Assembly: GCA_016199665.1 (NCBI GenBank)
Contig: JACQGG010000148.1
Location: 1-40,960, forward strand
DNA length: 40,960 nt
Direction: 5' to 3'
Origin: Acidobacteriota bacterium
GTDB lineage: Bacteria; Acidobacteriota; UBA6911; JACQSX01
Made by a program: the position numbers and the translations under genes
Notes under the pieces: model-generated
The model's database searches: none
What the model was told of the DNA's origin: nothing
What the model saw: only the letters and a program-made list of their open reading frames with translations
Shown here: positions 28,277 to 36,043 of the stretch, piece by piece
How positions within the stretch are numbered: the first letter of the stretch is position 1
Layout: every line of letters begins with the position of its first letter

Positions 28277-28849
28277 TTAAACGGAATGATTGATGCCGGA
28301 ATCGCCTTCCTGCTCCGCGGCGGGCTTTCGGGCCGCCGAACTCCAGGAAGCGACCTCGGCGCTGTCAATGCGACCGGGACCGCGCACCATAGCCACCACT
28401 CCGGTTCGCACCATTTCCACAATTCCAAACGGGCGCAACAAGTCCAGCGTCGCCTCAATCTTGTTCTCGTCGCCCGTAACCTCCAGGATCAAAGTCGTCT
28501 TGCTGGCGTCGACGATTCGGGCACGAAAGATATGGGCCAGTTGCAGAATCTCGGGACGCGTCCTGGCATTAGCCTTGACTTTGACCAAAGCCAGGTCTCG
28601 CACGACTGCCGGCACGCTGCTGACGTCGTCGACCCGCAGCACGTTGACCAGCTTGTACAGATTCTGCTCGACGCGCTCCACGTTGGTCTGGGTGCCGTCA
28701 ATTACGATGGTCATTCGGGAAACACCCGGCTGTTCCGTGTGACCCACCGTCAGCGACTCAATGTTAAACGCGCGCCGCCGGAACAGTGACGCGACCCGGT
28801 TGAGCACTCCGGGTTTATCTTCAACGTAAACAACCAGGGTGTGTATCAT
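28277..28849 (-). CDS. ilvN: Acetolactate synthase small (regulatory) subunit
   Basis: The ACT domain MIHTLVVYVEDKPGVLNRVASLFRRRAFNIESLTVG is followed by the ALS_ss_C region. There is a ~30-aa low-complexity C-terminal tail. Confidence 0.94.
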   Translation of the reverse strand: MIHTLVVYVEDKPGVLNRVASLFRRRAFNIESLTVGHTEQPGVSRMTIVIDGTQTNVERVEQNLYKLVNVLRVDDVSSVPAVVRDLALVKVKANARTRPEILQLAHIFRARIVDASKTTLILEVTGDENKIEATLDLLRPFGIVEMVRTGVVAMVRGPGRIDSAEVASWSSAARKPAAEQEGDSGINHSV

Positions 28850-28975
28850 AGTCTTCCGCGGAAAAATAAAGTCACAGGCATGCCCCTCAGGCCTTTATCG
28901 GGATCCTGGATAAGGGGTTCTGCTTGTTTGTTTGCGAAGCGTCCCCACGTCTCAAAGGGGCGGCCGAATTTGACA

Positions 28976-30685
28976 CTAGGGATCGGCGGCCGTCTCCGCC
29001 AATGAGGTAGGCCGGCGGATCATCGCTTCCAGGTCGGCGCCGGCTGGAACCATTGGGAACACGGAATCTTCCTGCTCAACGCGGAAATCGATTACCACGG
29101 TGCCTTTCTCGGCCAGCGCCGCCTCATACGCCGAGGGAATATCGGCGCGCTGGGTGACTCGGATGCCCGCCAGCCCGTGTGCTTCGGCCAGTTTGACAAA
29201 GTCGGGATTGCGAAGCGGAGTCGCCGCGTATCGCCGCTCATAGAAAAATTCCTGCCACTGGCGCACCATTCCCAGGTAGCCGTTGTTGATGACAGCCACG
29301 TTAACCTTGATGTTCTCCTGGGCGGCCGTGGAGAGTTCCGCAGCAGTCATCTGAAAGCCGCCGTCACCGACGATGGCCCAGATATCGGCGTCCGGTCGGG
29401 CGAACTTTGCCCCAATGGCCGCCGGAAGGGCAAAGCCCATGGTACCCAGCCCCCCGGAAGTGATCAAAGTCCTGGGCTGCTCGTGCCGGTAGTACTGAGC
29501 TTCCCACATCTGATGCTGGCCAACGTCGGTCACGATGACCGCCTGACCCTTGGTCAGCCGCCAGAGATCGTTAATGACATGAGCAGCGTAAAGGTGGCCG
29601 CTGTCGGGCAGAAACTGAATGTCCCGAACTGCGACTTCCCCCTTCATGCTGTCAATGTGTGCCCGCCATTCCGTGTGCTTGGTCTCCGGGACGTAAGGAA
29701 GCAGTTCCAGCAGCGTTTCGCGCAGGTCTCCTACAATTCCCACATCGACCTTTACGTTCTTGTGGATCTCGGAAGGATCGATCTCGATGTGGATTTTCTT
29801 GGCGTTCACGGCGTATGTCTTCAAGTTTCCGGTCACCCGGTCGTCGAAGCGCATGCCAAACGCCAACAGCAAATCCGCCTGCTGGATGGCGTTATTCACC
29901 CAGGATTCGCCGTGCATTCCCATCATTCCCAGGTTCAAAGGATGAGAAGCGGGAATGCCTCCTAAACCGAGCAGCGTCATGGCAACCGGCGTGTCGGTCT
30001 TCTCGGCAAACTCCAGCACTTCCCGGCGCGCGTTGGACGTGACCACGGCGTGGCCCGCCAGGATAAGCGGACGCTGCGCCTTCTTGATCAAGTCCATGGC
30101 ATGCTGAACCACCTCCGGCAGCGGCCGATATTGCGGGCGGTACCCGGGCAGCCGCACTGGAGTGTCGTCCCACTCAAACTCGGCCGTGGATTGCTGCGCA
30201 TCCTTGGTGATGTCAACCAGCACCGGCCCTTGCCTGCCCGACTTGGCGATGAAAAACGCCTCCCGAATTGCCTCCGCGATATCTTCGGCGTGCGTGACCA
30301 GGAAATTATGCTTGGTGATGGGCAGCGTGATGCCGGTGACATCCGTCTCCTGAAACGCATCCGTGCCAATGACTTTGGAGCCAACCTGGCCGGTGATGCA
30401 TACGATCGGGATCGAGTCCATCATCGCCGTCGCAATGCCGGTCACCATATTGGTTGCTCCGGGACCGGAGGTCGCCACCGCAACTCCAACCTTACCGGAA
30501 GCGCGGGCGTACCCGTCGGCCATGTGCGTCGCTCCCTGTTCGTGCCTGACCAGCACGTGGTGGATGGGATAGTCGAGCATGGCGTCGTAAGCGGGCAGAA
30601 TGGCCCCCCCCGGATAGCCAAAGACCACATCCACCCCTTCTCGAACCAAACATTCCCAGATGACTTGTGCGCCCTTCAATTGCAT
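28976..30685 (-). CDS. ilvB: Acetolactate synthase large subunit (biosynthetic, ThDP-dependent)
   Basis: MQLKGAQVIWECLVREGVDVVFGYPGGAILPAYDA...GPGATN...GDGGFQM...NNGYLGMVRQWQ are canonical AHAS motifs. Confidence 0.97.
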   Translation of the reverse strand: MQLKGAQVIWECLVREGVDVVFGYPGGAILPAYDAMLDYPIHHVLVRHEQGATHMADGYARASGKVGVAVATSGPGATNMVTGIATAMMDSIPIVCITGQVGSKVIGTDAFQETDVTGITLPITKHNFLVTHAEDIAEAIREAFFIAKSGRQGPVLVDITKDAQQSTAEFEWDDTPVRLPGYRPQYRPLPEVVQHAMDLIKKAQRPLILAGHAVVTSNARREVLEFAEKTDTPVAMTLLGLGGIPASHPLNLGMMGMHGESWVNNAIQQADLLLAFGMRFDDRVTGNLKTYAVNAKKIHIEIDPSEIHKNVKVDVGIVGDLRETLLELLPYVPETKHTEWRAHIDSMKGEVAVRDIQFLPDSGHLYAAHVINDLWRLTKGQAVIVTDVGQHQMWEAQYYRHEQPRTLITSGGLGTMGFALPAAIGAKFARPDADIWAIVGDGGFQMTAAELSTAAQENIKVNVAVINNGYLGMVRQWQEFFYERRYAATPLRNPDFVKLAEAHGLAGIRVTQRADIPSAYEAALAEKGTVVIDFRVEQEDSVFPMVPAGADLEAMIRRPTSLAETAADP

Positions 30686-30803
30686 GAAATCCCTCTGCGG
30701 TTCGCCTGCGATTCAAACACCGGGAAGCCAGTGGAGACTTGCAACGGCCACGGCTGGGGAGGACCTCTCCTGCTCCCGGCATGAACCCTTTGAGCAGATA
30801 CCC

Positions 30804-30831
30804 ATTCTAGCGGCAAATCAAACAGCAGTAA
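30804..30831 (-). promoter_or_regulatory. Candidate sigma70-like promoter of the ilv operon
   Basis: On the minus strand: TTACTG (30831-30826), 16-nt spacer, TAGAAT (30809-30804), about 120 nt upstream of the ilvB ATG. Confidence 0.4.
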
Positions 30832-30929
30832 GGCTATCAGCCGGAGGCCGGAAAGACAAGCACTTAAGGCACGAGTTTCGCACACCTATGAGACCCGTGG
30901 TACGATTCAGTTGATTCGGTCATCGACTG

Positions 30930-32315
30930 ATGGACCACTCCTTTGAAGACCAGGTCGCTTCCGACCTGGATGAAAAAACGGATGACTTGGCGGCTGCCGG
31001 CCGCCGGACGCCCCTGCACGCGCGGATTCTTATCGGTCTGGGGACGGGGGTCCTGGCAGGCGGCAGCCTGCGAGCGCTGCTCGGTTCCGGGTCGAGGCTA
31101 CTGGACGGAATAGTCAACTACGTCACCGATCCTCTGGGGCAGCTTTTTCTGCGGCTCCTTTTGATGATTGTGGTGCCGCTTGTCTTCTCGGCTCTGGTCG
31201 TGGGAGTCGCCGCCATCGGAGATGTCCGAAAATTGGGGAGGGTCGGTCTCAGGACGTTCGCTTACACACTTATTCTCTCTGCCATTTCGGTGCTGATTGG
31301 ACTGACACTGGCCAATACCCTCCGCCCCGGAATGCATGTCGACGGGACGACTCGCGATGAATTGATGGCCCGGTACGCCACCACCGCCCAGGCGTCGCTG
31401 TCGGGCAGCGCCGCTCGGGCGAACTTGCCCGATACGCCGCTGGGAGCAGTCATCAAGACTCTGGTGCCCACCAACCCGGTAGAATCAGCCGCACGCTCCA
31501 CGCCCGACATGCTGGGCTTGATGTTTTTCGCTTTGCTTTTGGGACTGGCCGTCACCCTCCTCCGGGAAGAACACTCGCGCCCGCTGATCAGCTTTTTCAC
31601 CGGTTTTTACGAAGCAGTCGCAAAGCTCATCGAGCTCATCATGAAGTTCGCGCCGGTGGCGGTGGCTTGCCTGCTGTTCACCCTGACGGCGCGTTTCGGC
31701 TTCGGGTTTCTAGTCAGCCTGGGCTGGTTTGTGTTCACGGTCCTCCTGGGGCTGAGTCTTCATATGTTTTTGGTCTATTCGCTGTCGGTCAAGTTTCTTT
31801 CCCGCATCCCCCCTCTTGAATTTTTTCGCCGTATCAAGACCGTTATGATCACCGCCTTCTCCACCAGTTCCTCAAACGCGACTTTGCCCACCGCTCTTCG
31901 GGTTTCCGAACAAAATCTGGGAGTTCCCCGAGGCATTAATTCCTTTGTATTAACCATTGGCGCAACTGCAAACCAGAATGGAACCGCCCTTTACGAAGGC
32001 GTCACTGTTTTGTTTCTGGCCCAGCTTGCCGGAGTAGAGCTGACGTTTGCCCAGCAACTGATGGTGGTTTACCTGGCGATTCTGGGCGGCGTCGGGACGG
32101 CGGGAGTCCCTTCAGGTTCCATTCCCTTCATCATCGTGGTGCTGACGACGGTGGGAGTGAATCCGGCCCTGATTGCCGTGATCCTGGGCATTGACCGCCT
32201 GCTGGACATGTGCCGGACGACCCTGAATGTGGTGGGCGACCTGACAGCGGCAACTTATATTGCCAAGTCAGAAGGAGCGCCTTTACTCCCGCCGCTGGCC
32301 GGGCAGCCCACCTAG
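30930..32315 (+). CDS. Dicarboxylate/amino acid:cation symporter (DAACS family)
   Basis: 461 aa: ...FLRLLLMIVVPLVFSALVVG...AFSTSSSNATLP...ATANQNGTALYEG...GVPSGS...DRLLDMCRTTLNVVGD are hallmark GltP/SstT-family motifs. Confidence 0.9.
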   Translation: MDHSFEDQVASDLDEKTDDLAAAGRRTPLHARILIGLGTGVLAGGSLRALLGSGSRLLDGIVNYVTDPLGQLFLRLLLMIVVPLVFSALVVGVAAIGDVRKLGRVGLRTFAYTLILSAISVLIGLTLANTLRPGMHVDGTTRDELMARYATTAQASLSGSAARANLPDTPLGAVIKTLVPTNPVESAARSTPDMLGLMFFALLLGLAVTLLREEHSRPLISFFTGFYEAVAKLIELIMKFAPVAVACLLFTLTARFGFGFLVSLGWFVFTVLLGLSLHMFLVYSLSVKFLSRIPPLEFFRRIKTVMITAFSTSSSNATLPTALRVSEQNLGVPRGINSFVLTIGATANQNGTALYEGVTVLFLAQLAGVELTFAQQLMVVYLAILGGVGTAGVPSGSIPFIIVVLTTVGVNPALIAVILGIDRLLDMCRTTLNVVGDLTAATYIAKSEGAPLLPPLAGQPT

Positions 32316-32457
32316 CAGATCGCAGATCAGGCTGCCATTGTTGCCATCGGTTCATGGTGGCTTCGTTTTCAGGATGCGCCTCTGGAGTCGCCCCTCCCAC
32401 CCAGGGTGTCCTAGTTTGAGATCGGTCATCGAATCCAGGACAAAACGGCGCAGCCTG

Positions 32458-33954
32458 TCAGGCTGATCTCTTCACCAGCTCCTCAAAGAAGGAGAAGTAC
32501 TGGCGCGTTCCCTCGTCATCCGCCGGCCCGCTCAGAAAGCCCAGAAGAATGAGGACCCCCGCTCCCGAAATCATTGCCGGGAGGGCAGGCAGAAAGCCGA
32601 ATGTCCAGCTTTTCTGGAGCCCAAACCAGCCAAAGGTCAGGCCCAGCAAAACGACCTGCGAGACGATCACAGACCAGATCGCGGCCTGTTTGGTGCATCG
32701 CTTCCAGTACAAAGCCGCAATAGTGGGAGCGAGAAGGCAGGCAAAACCGGCAAAAGCGAATTCCACAATTCGAATAATCGCCAGGGGGTTCCGGAGGGAA
32801 AGAACAAATGACACAACAGTCAGCGCAAGCACAAGGACCCGGCTGATCCGAACTTGGTTCTTCTCGCAGGTACCGCGGAACTTGGTCCGGGTGAGAAAAT
32901 CTCGAACAATGATCGTCGTCAGACTCAGAAGCTGCGAGTCCATCGTGGACATCATGGCCGAAAAAACCGCTGCGCCCAGAACGCCCATCGCCCAGGTTGG
33001 AGCATACTGGCTCAAAAGCAGGGGCAAGATGGCGTCGGCCTCCCGCCCTTGCAAATTGGGGATCAAGGCATGCCCCCACATTCCCAGAAAGGCCATGGAA
33101 AAGAAAATAAGAAAAGCAGGGGCCGGGTAGATCATCATGATCTGGCGCAACGCTTTCGGATTTTGCCCCGTCAACAGGCGCATAAAGACCTGCGGAAACA
33201 TGGGGACGCAAAAAGCGGTCACAAGACCGTAGCTGAAAAACTGCTTCCAGCCCATCCTGTCTCGCCGATAAAGTTCTGGAAAGTTCTCAATCACCTTCTC
33301 GGTGGCGGCCGCGGGCCCGCCCAGGCTCTGGGCAATGACCACAAAAATTAACACTCCCCCCACAATGAAGACGGCCGTTTGGAGCGTGTTGACCCAGGCC
33401 GCGCCTCGCATTCCTCCCATGATCAGGTAGATCATGACAACAACGGAGACAGCCAGAGCGCCTGCCCAGAAGGGAATAAACCCGTCTGTCAGGGCCTGCA
33501 AGGTAATGCCGGCACCTGTCAAGCCGGTCATCAGATAAGGCACAGTGTAGACGATAATGATCACTGCGATGAGCACGGCCAGACCTGGCGATTTCCATCG
33601 GCCTGCAACGATTTCGGAGATTGTCATATGGCCAAAATGAACGCCCAGAGGCCACGCCCGGCGACCCAGCAAATAAAAGAACATGGGGGTCATCCACGCC
33701 CAGGAGGTGACAAAGTACGGCCATGCGACCCAGCCGACGTGGTAGGCATTGCCGGGGTGGCCGATAAAAGTAACGGCCGAGATGTTGGCGCCGAACACGG
33801 TCGAAAAAAGGACCAAGGTTTTAAGCTGACGCCCCGCCATGTGGAAGTCTTCCATCGTGGCCCGGCTGGCGCGCCCACTCGTGTACCCAATGAGCACAAT
33901 CGCCAGCATGTAGGCTGCAACGATGGCAAGTACGACCGCGACCTGTCCTGTCAT
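32458..33954 (-). CDS. Sodium:solute symporter (SSS) family transporter
   Basis: 498 aa, about 13 TM, with the SSS-type motifs GRQLKTLVLFSTVFGANISAVTFIGHPG and GGMRGAAWVNTLQ. The small DUF3311 partner gene lies upstream. Confidence 0.9.
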   Translation of the reverse strand: MTGQVAVVLAIVAAYMLAIVLIGYTSGRASRATMEDFHMAGRQLKTLVLFSTVFGANISAVTFIGHPGNAYHVGWVAWPYFVTSWAWMTPMFFYLLGRRAWPLGVHFGHMTISEIVAGRWKSPGLAVLIAVIIIVYTVPYLMTGLTGAGITLQALTDGFIPFWAGALAVSVVVMIYLIMGGMRGAAWVNTLQTAVFIVGGVLIFVVIAQSLGGPAAATEKVIENFPELYRRDRMGWKQFFSYGLVTAFCVPMFPQVFMRLLTGQNPKALRQIMMIYPAPAFLIFFSMAFLGMWGHALIPNLQGREADAILPLLLSQYAPTWAMGVLGAAVFSAMMSTMDSQLLSLTTIIVRDFLTRTKFRGTCEKNQVRISRVLVLALTVVSFVLSLRNPLAIIRIVEFAFAGFACLLAPTIAALYWKRCTKQAAIWSVIVSQVVLLGLTFGWFGLQKSWTFGFLPALPAMISGAGVLILLGFLSGPADDEGTRQYFSFFEELVKRSA

Positions 33955-33963
33955 CCCATCCTC

Positions 33964-34170
33964 TTACTTCCCTTCTTCTTCTCCCCACAGTCTGACCGTG
34001 AAATAGACGAGGACGTAGCCGGCCACCCAGATGGCAATGTGGTAAAGGTTGGCAAGATCGATCCAGCCGAACAGGATCGGCTGAAAAGTTTCATCCCACC
34101 ACCAGAAGTCCGTCCGAGCCAGCATCAGGGCAGTGGCCAGAAGGAAGAGAACTTTTCCTCTTCGGCTCAT
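33964..34170 (-). CDS. DUF3311 small membrane protein (SSS-transporter partner)
   Basis: 68 aa, two TM, with the W-rich loop TDFWWWDE. It is positioned 9 nt upstream of the SSS gene, as is typical for DUF3311. Confidence 0.75.
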   Translation of the reverse strand: MSRRGKVLFLLATALMLARTDFWWWDETFQPILFGWIDLANLYHIAIWVAGYVLVYFTVRLWGEEEGK

Positions 34171-34194
34171 ATGCTCGAGAAACCTTCAATAAGG

Positions 34195-34749
34195 TTATTG
34201 CTTGACGTAGATCGAGAGGTACTTGATCTTGCCGCCTTCCAGTTCGTAGATGTTGGTCCCCACCAGGTAGAGCGACTTGCCATCCGGCTCCTCGCCTGTT
34301 CTCACCCACTCGGCCGCCGCGAAATTGCCGCGCACCATGATGAGACCGTAGCGCATTACCATATGACGTCGCAACTTGCCCTTGGCCGCCCAGTCTGCAA
34401 GCGTCTTATCAACCGCATCTCTCCCAACAGAAATTTGGTCGCTTTTCCAGATTGTCGGATTGTCGGCGAATATCGAGCGGAGGCGATCAAGATTCCACAT
34501 CGTGTGCTCGGCGCGGTAGATCTCAATTACCTCCAGCGTTTGGCGCTCCTCGTCAGTCAATTTGCCCCTATCCACCAGTCTCATGGGCTGCAGTTGCGGG
34601 ACCGGCGCATTGGCTTGTGCCGCCGGCTTGGCAGGCGTCTCGGGCTGTACGAAAGGTGCAGCGGCAGCCAACAGCGGCAGCAACGGGGTTACAGCGGGTG
34701 GAGAAACCTTCGACGCTGCCAGCATCAGGAGCCAAAAGGTGATTACCAT
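34195..34749 (-). CDS. Secreted NTF2-like (SnoaL-like) domain protein
   Basis: From ATG 34749: signal/anchor MVITFWLLMLAASKV, a Pro/Ala-rich linker, then a ~120-aa alpha+beta-cone-like domain (EVIEIYRAEHTMWNLDRLRSIF...GNFAAAEWVRTGEE...IYELEGGKIKYLSIY). The upstream part of track ORF 34195-35025 is not protein-like. Confidence 0.68.
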   Translation of the reverse strand: MVITFWLLMLAASKVSPPAVTPLLPLLAAAAPFVQPETPAKPAAQANAPVPQLQPMRLVDRGKLTDEERQTLEVIEIYRAEHTMWNLDRLRSIFADNPTIWKSDQISVGRDAVDKTLADWAAKGKLRRHMVMRYGLIMVRGNFAAAEWVRTGEEPDGKSLYLVGTNIYELEGGKIKYLSIYVKQ

Positions 34750-34963
34750 TCCAGCGATTGGTTGGCGATAGGTCCTTTCGCGCGTTGTTCTCTCCTCAGC
34801 TCTTTCTCTTAATGTACCCAGGGCGCACTTAGGAGAATTTCTATCGCAAAGGCAGGTGCGCGAGCAAGGGAATTCTCCCGGCCTGTCCAGCAGCCGGTCC
34901 GGCGCCGGCCTCAACAGCAAGGTATGCCCTGGAGCTGGCCACCTGAGCGGCCTCTCGGGAAAG

Positions 34964-34992
34964 TTGGAAGCTTTCAGAAACGGGACTATACT
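34964..34992 (+). promoter_or_regulatory. Sigma70-like promoter of the molybdenum-hydroxylase operon
   Basis: TTGGAA (34964-34969), 17-nt spacer, TATACT (34987-34992). This leaves a ~165-nt leader before the ATG at 35162. Confidence 0.5.
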
Positions 34993-35161
34993 GAGGCCGA
35001 AAAAATGAGGCCAACTGACGGTCACAACCGAAGAACTCCGGGAAGGCCAACGTGCAAGGGATTGAACCGGAGGCGGACACCAATATCGCCGGGCTCGGGC
35101 TCATCAAGGCACTGCAGGCGCAAGGGAACCAGATGTGCGTCAACATTCGGAGGGAAAAACC

Positions 35162-36043
35162 ATGCTGTTAAGCGATATCGAGTTGCACCAAGCCACCACG
35201 CTCGAGCAAGCCTCGGAATTGATGGCGCGTTACGCGCCGGGTGGGCGCTTACTGGCCGGGGGAACTGACCTGCTGGTTGATCTCAAGACGGGCAGGGTCC
35301 ACTCAAATCACGTAGTTTCGATTCAACGGATCGCCGCGTTGCGGGGCATATCGGTCGCCAACGGGGAAATGAGAATCGGGGCGCTTACCACGGCCAGCCA
35401 GTTGGCCTTTTCTGCGGTTGTCCAGGAGCAATTTCCGGCGATCCTGGATGCCACGCGCGATATGGCGGCTCCGCAGATTCGAAACATGGCCACCGTAGGG
35501 GGCAACATCGCCAGCGCTGTTCCGTCCGGCGACCTCCCGCCGATTCTGATAGTGATGAACGCCTCGGTGATACTGTGGTCGCCATCGGGCGCGCGCGAAG
35601 TGCCGCTGGACAGCTTCTTTGTCGGCCCGCGCGAGACCGTGCGGCGCGAGGAAGAAATTCTGACGGAGATTCGCGTGCCTTTTCCGCCCCGGGGATTTGG
35701 GGCCGCCTACCAGCGGTTCGCGCTCCGGGAGGCGAATGCGTGCGCGGTGGCAGCCGTCGCGGCCAGTCTTTGGTGCAATGAGGACCGCTCAATTCGCGAC
35801 GCGCGCATCTGCGTGGGGGCGGCGGCCCCCACCCCGAAGCTGGTTCCCGCAATCAACACTCTGCTGGCGGGAAAACTGCCGGACGAAAAGGCGATCCAGA
35901 GGGCGGCAGGGGCAACCGTGGAAGCGTGCCGGCCGATTTCCGACATCCGCGGCTCGGCCGAATACCGGCGAGAACTGATCGGTGTCTTGACCCGGCGGGC
36001 GCTTCAAAGCGCGCGGCAACGGGCCCTGGGAGGAAAGCAATGA
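35162..36043 (+). CDS. Xanthine-dehydrogenase-family FAD-binding subunit (CoxM-like)
   Basis: ATG 35162 is preceded by GGAGGGAAAAACC. ...LLAGGTDLLVDLKTG...ATVGGNIASAVPSGDLPP...ISDIRGSAEYRREL are canonical FAD_binding_5/CO_deh_flav_C motifs. Confidence 0.9.
   Translation: MLLSDIELHQATTLEQASELMARYAPGGRLLAGGTDLLVDLKTGRVHSNHVVSIQRIAALRGISVANGEMRIGALTTASQLAFSAVVQEQFPAILDATRDMAAPQIRNMATVGGNIASAVPSGDLPPILIVMNASVILWSPSGAREVPLDSFFVGPRETVRREEEILTEIRVPFPPRGFGAAYQRFALREANACAVAAVAASLWCNEDRSIRDARICVGAAAPTPKLVPAINTLLAGKLPDEKAIQRAAGATVEACRPISDIRGSAEYRRELIGVLTRRALQSARQRALGGKQ

Noticed and set aside
30686-30803. Ile/Leu/Val leader-peptide attenuator or T-box upstream of ilvB
   Set aside because: There is no short ORF enriched in I/L/V codons downstream of the predicted promoter, no terminator hairpin with a U-tract, and no T-box sequence. 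The only small ORF overlaps the -10 element.
34993-35161. Moco (molybdenum cofactor) riboswitch in the Mo-hydroxylase leader
   Set aside because: The context is attractive, but I could not find the conserved CCUCCGAGCC / GGAAAGG-type core as I remember it, only a generic 6-bp helix. The claim is not supportable without a covariance-model search.
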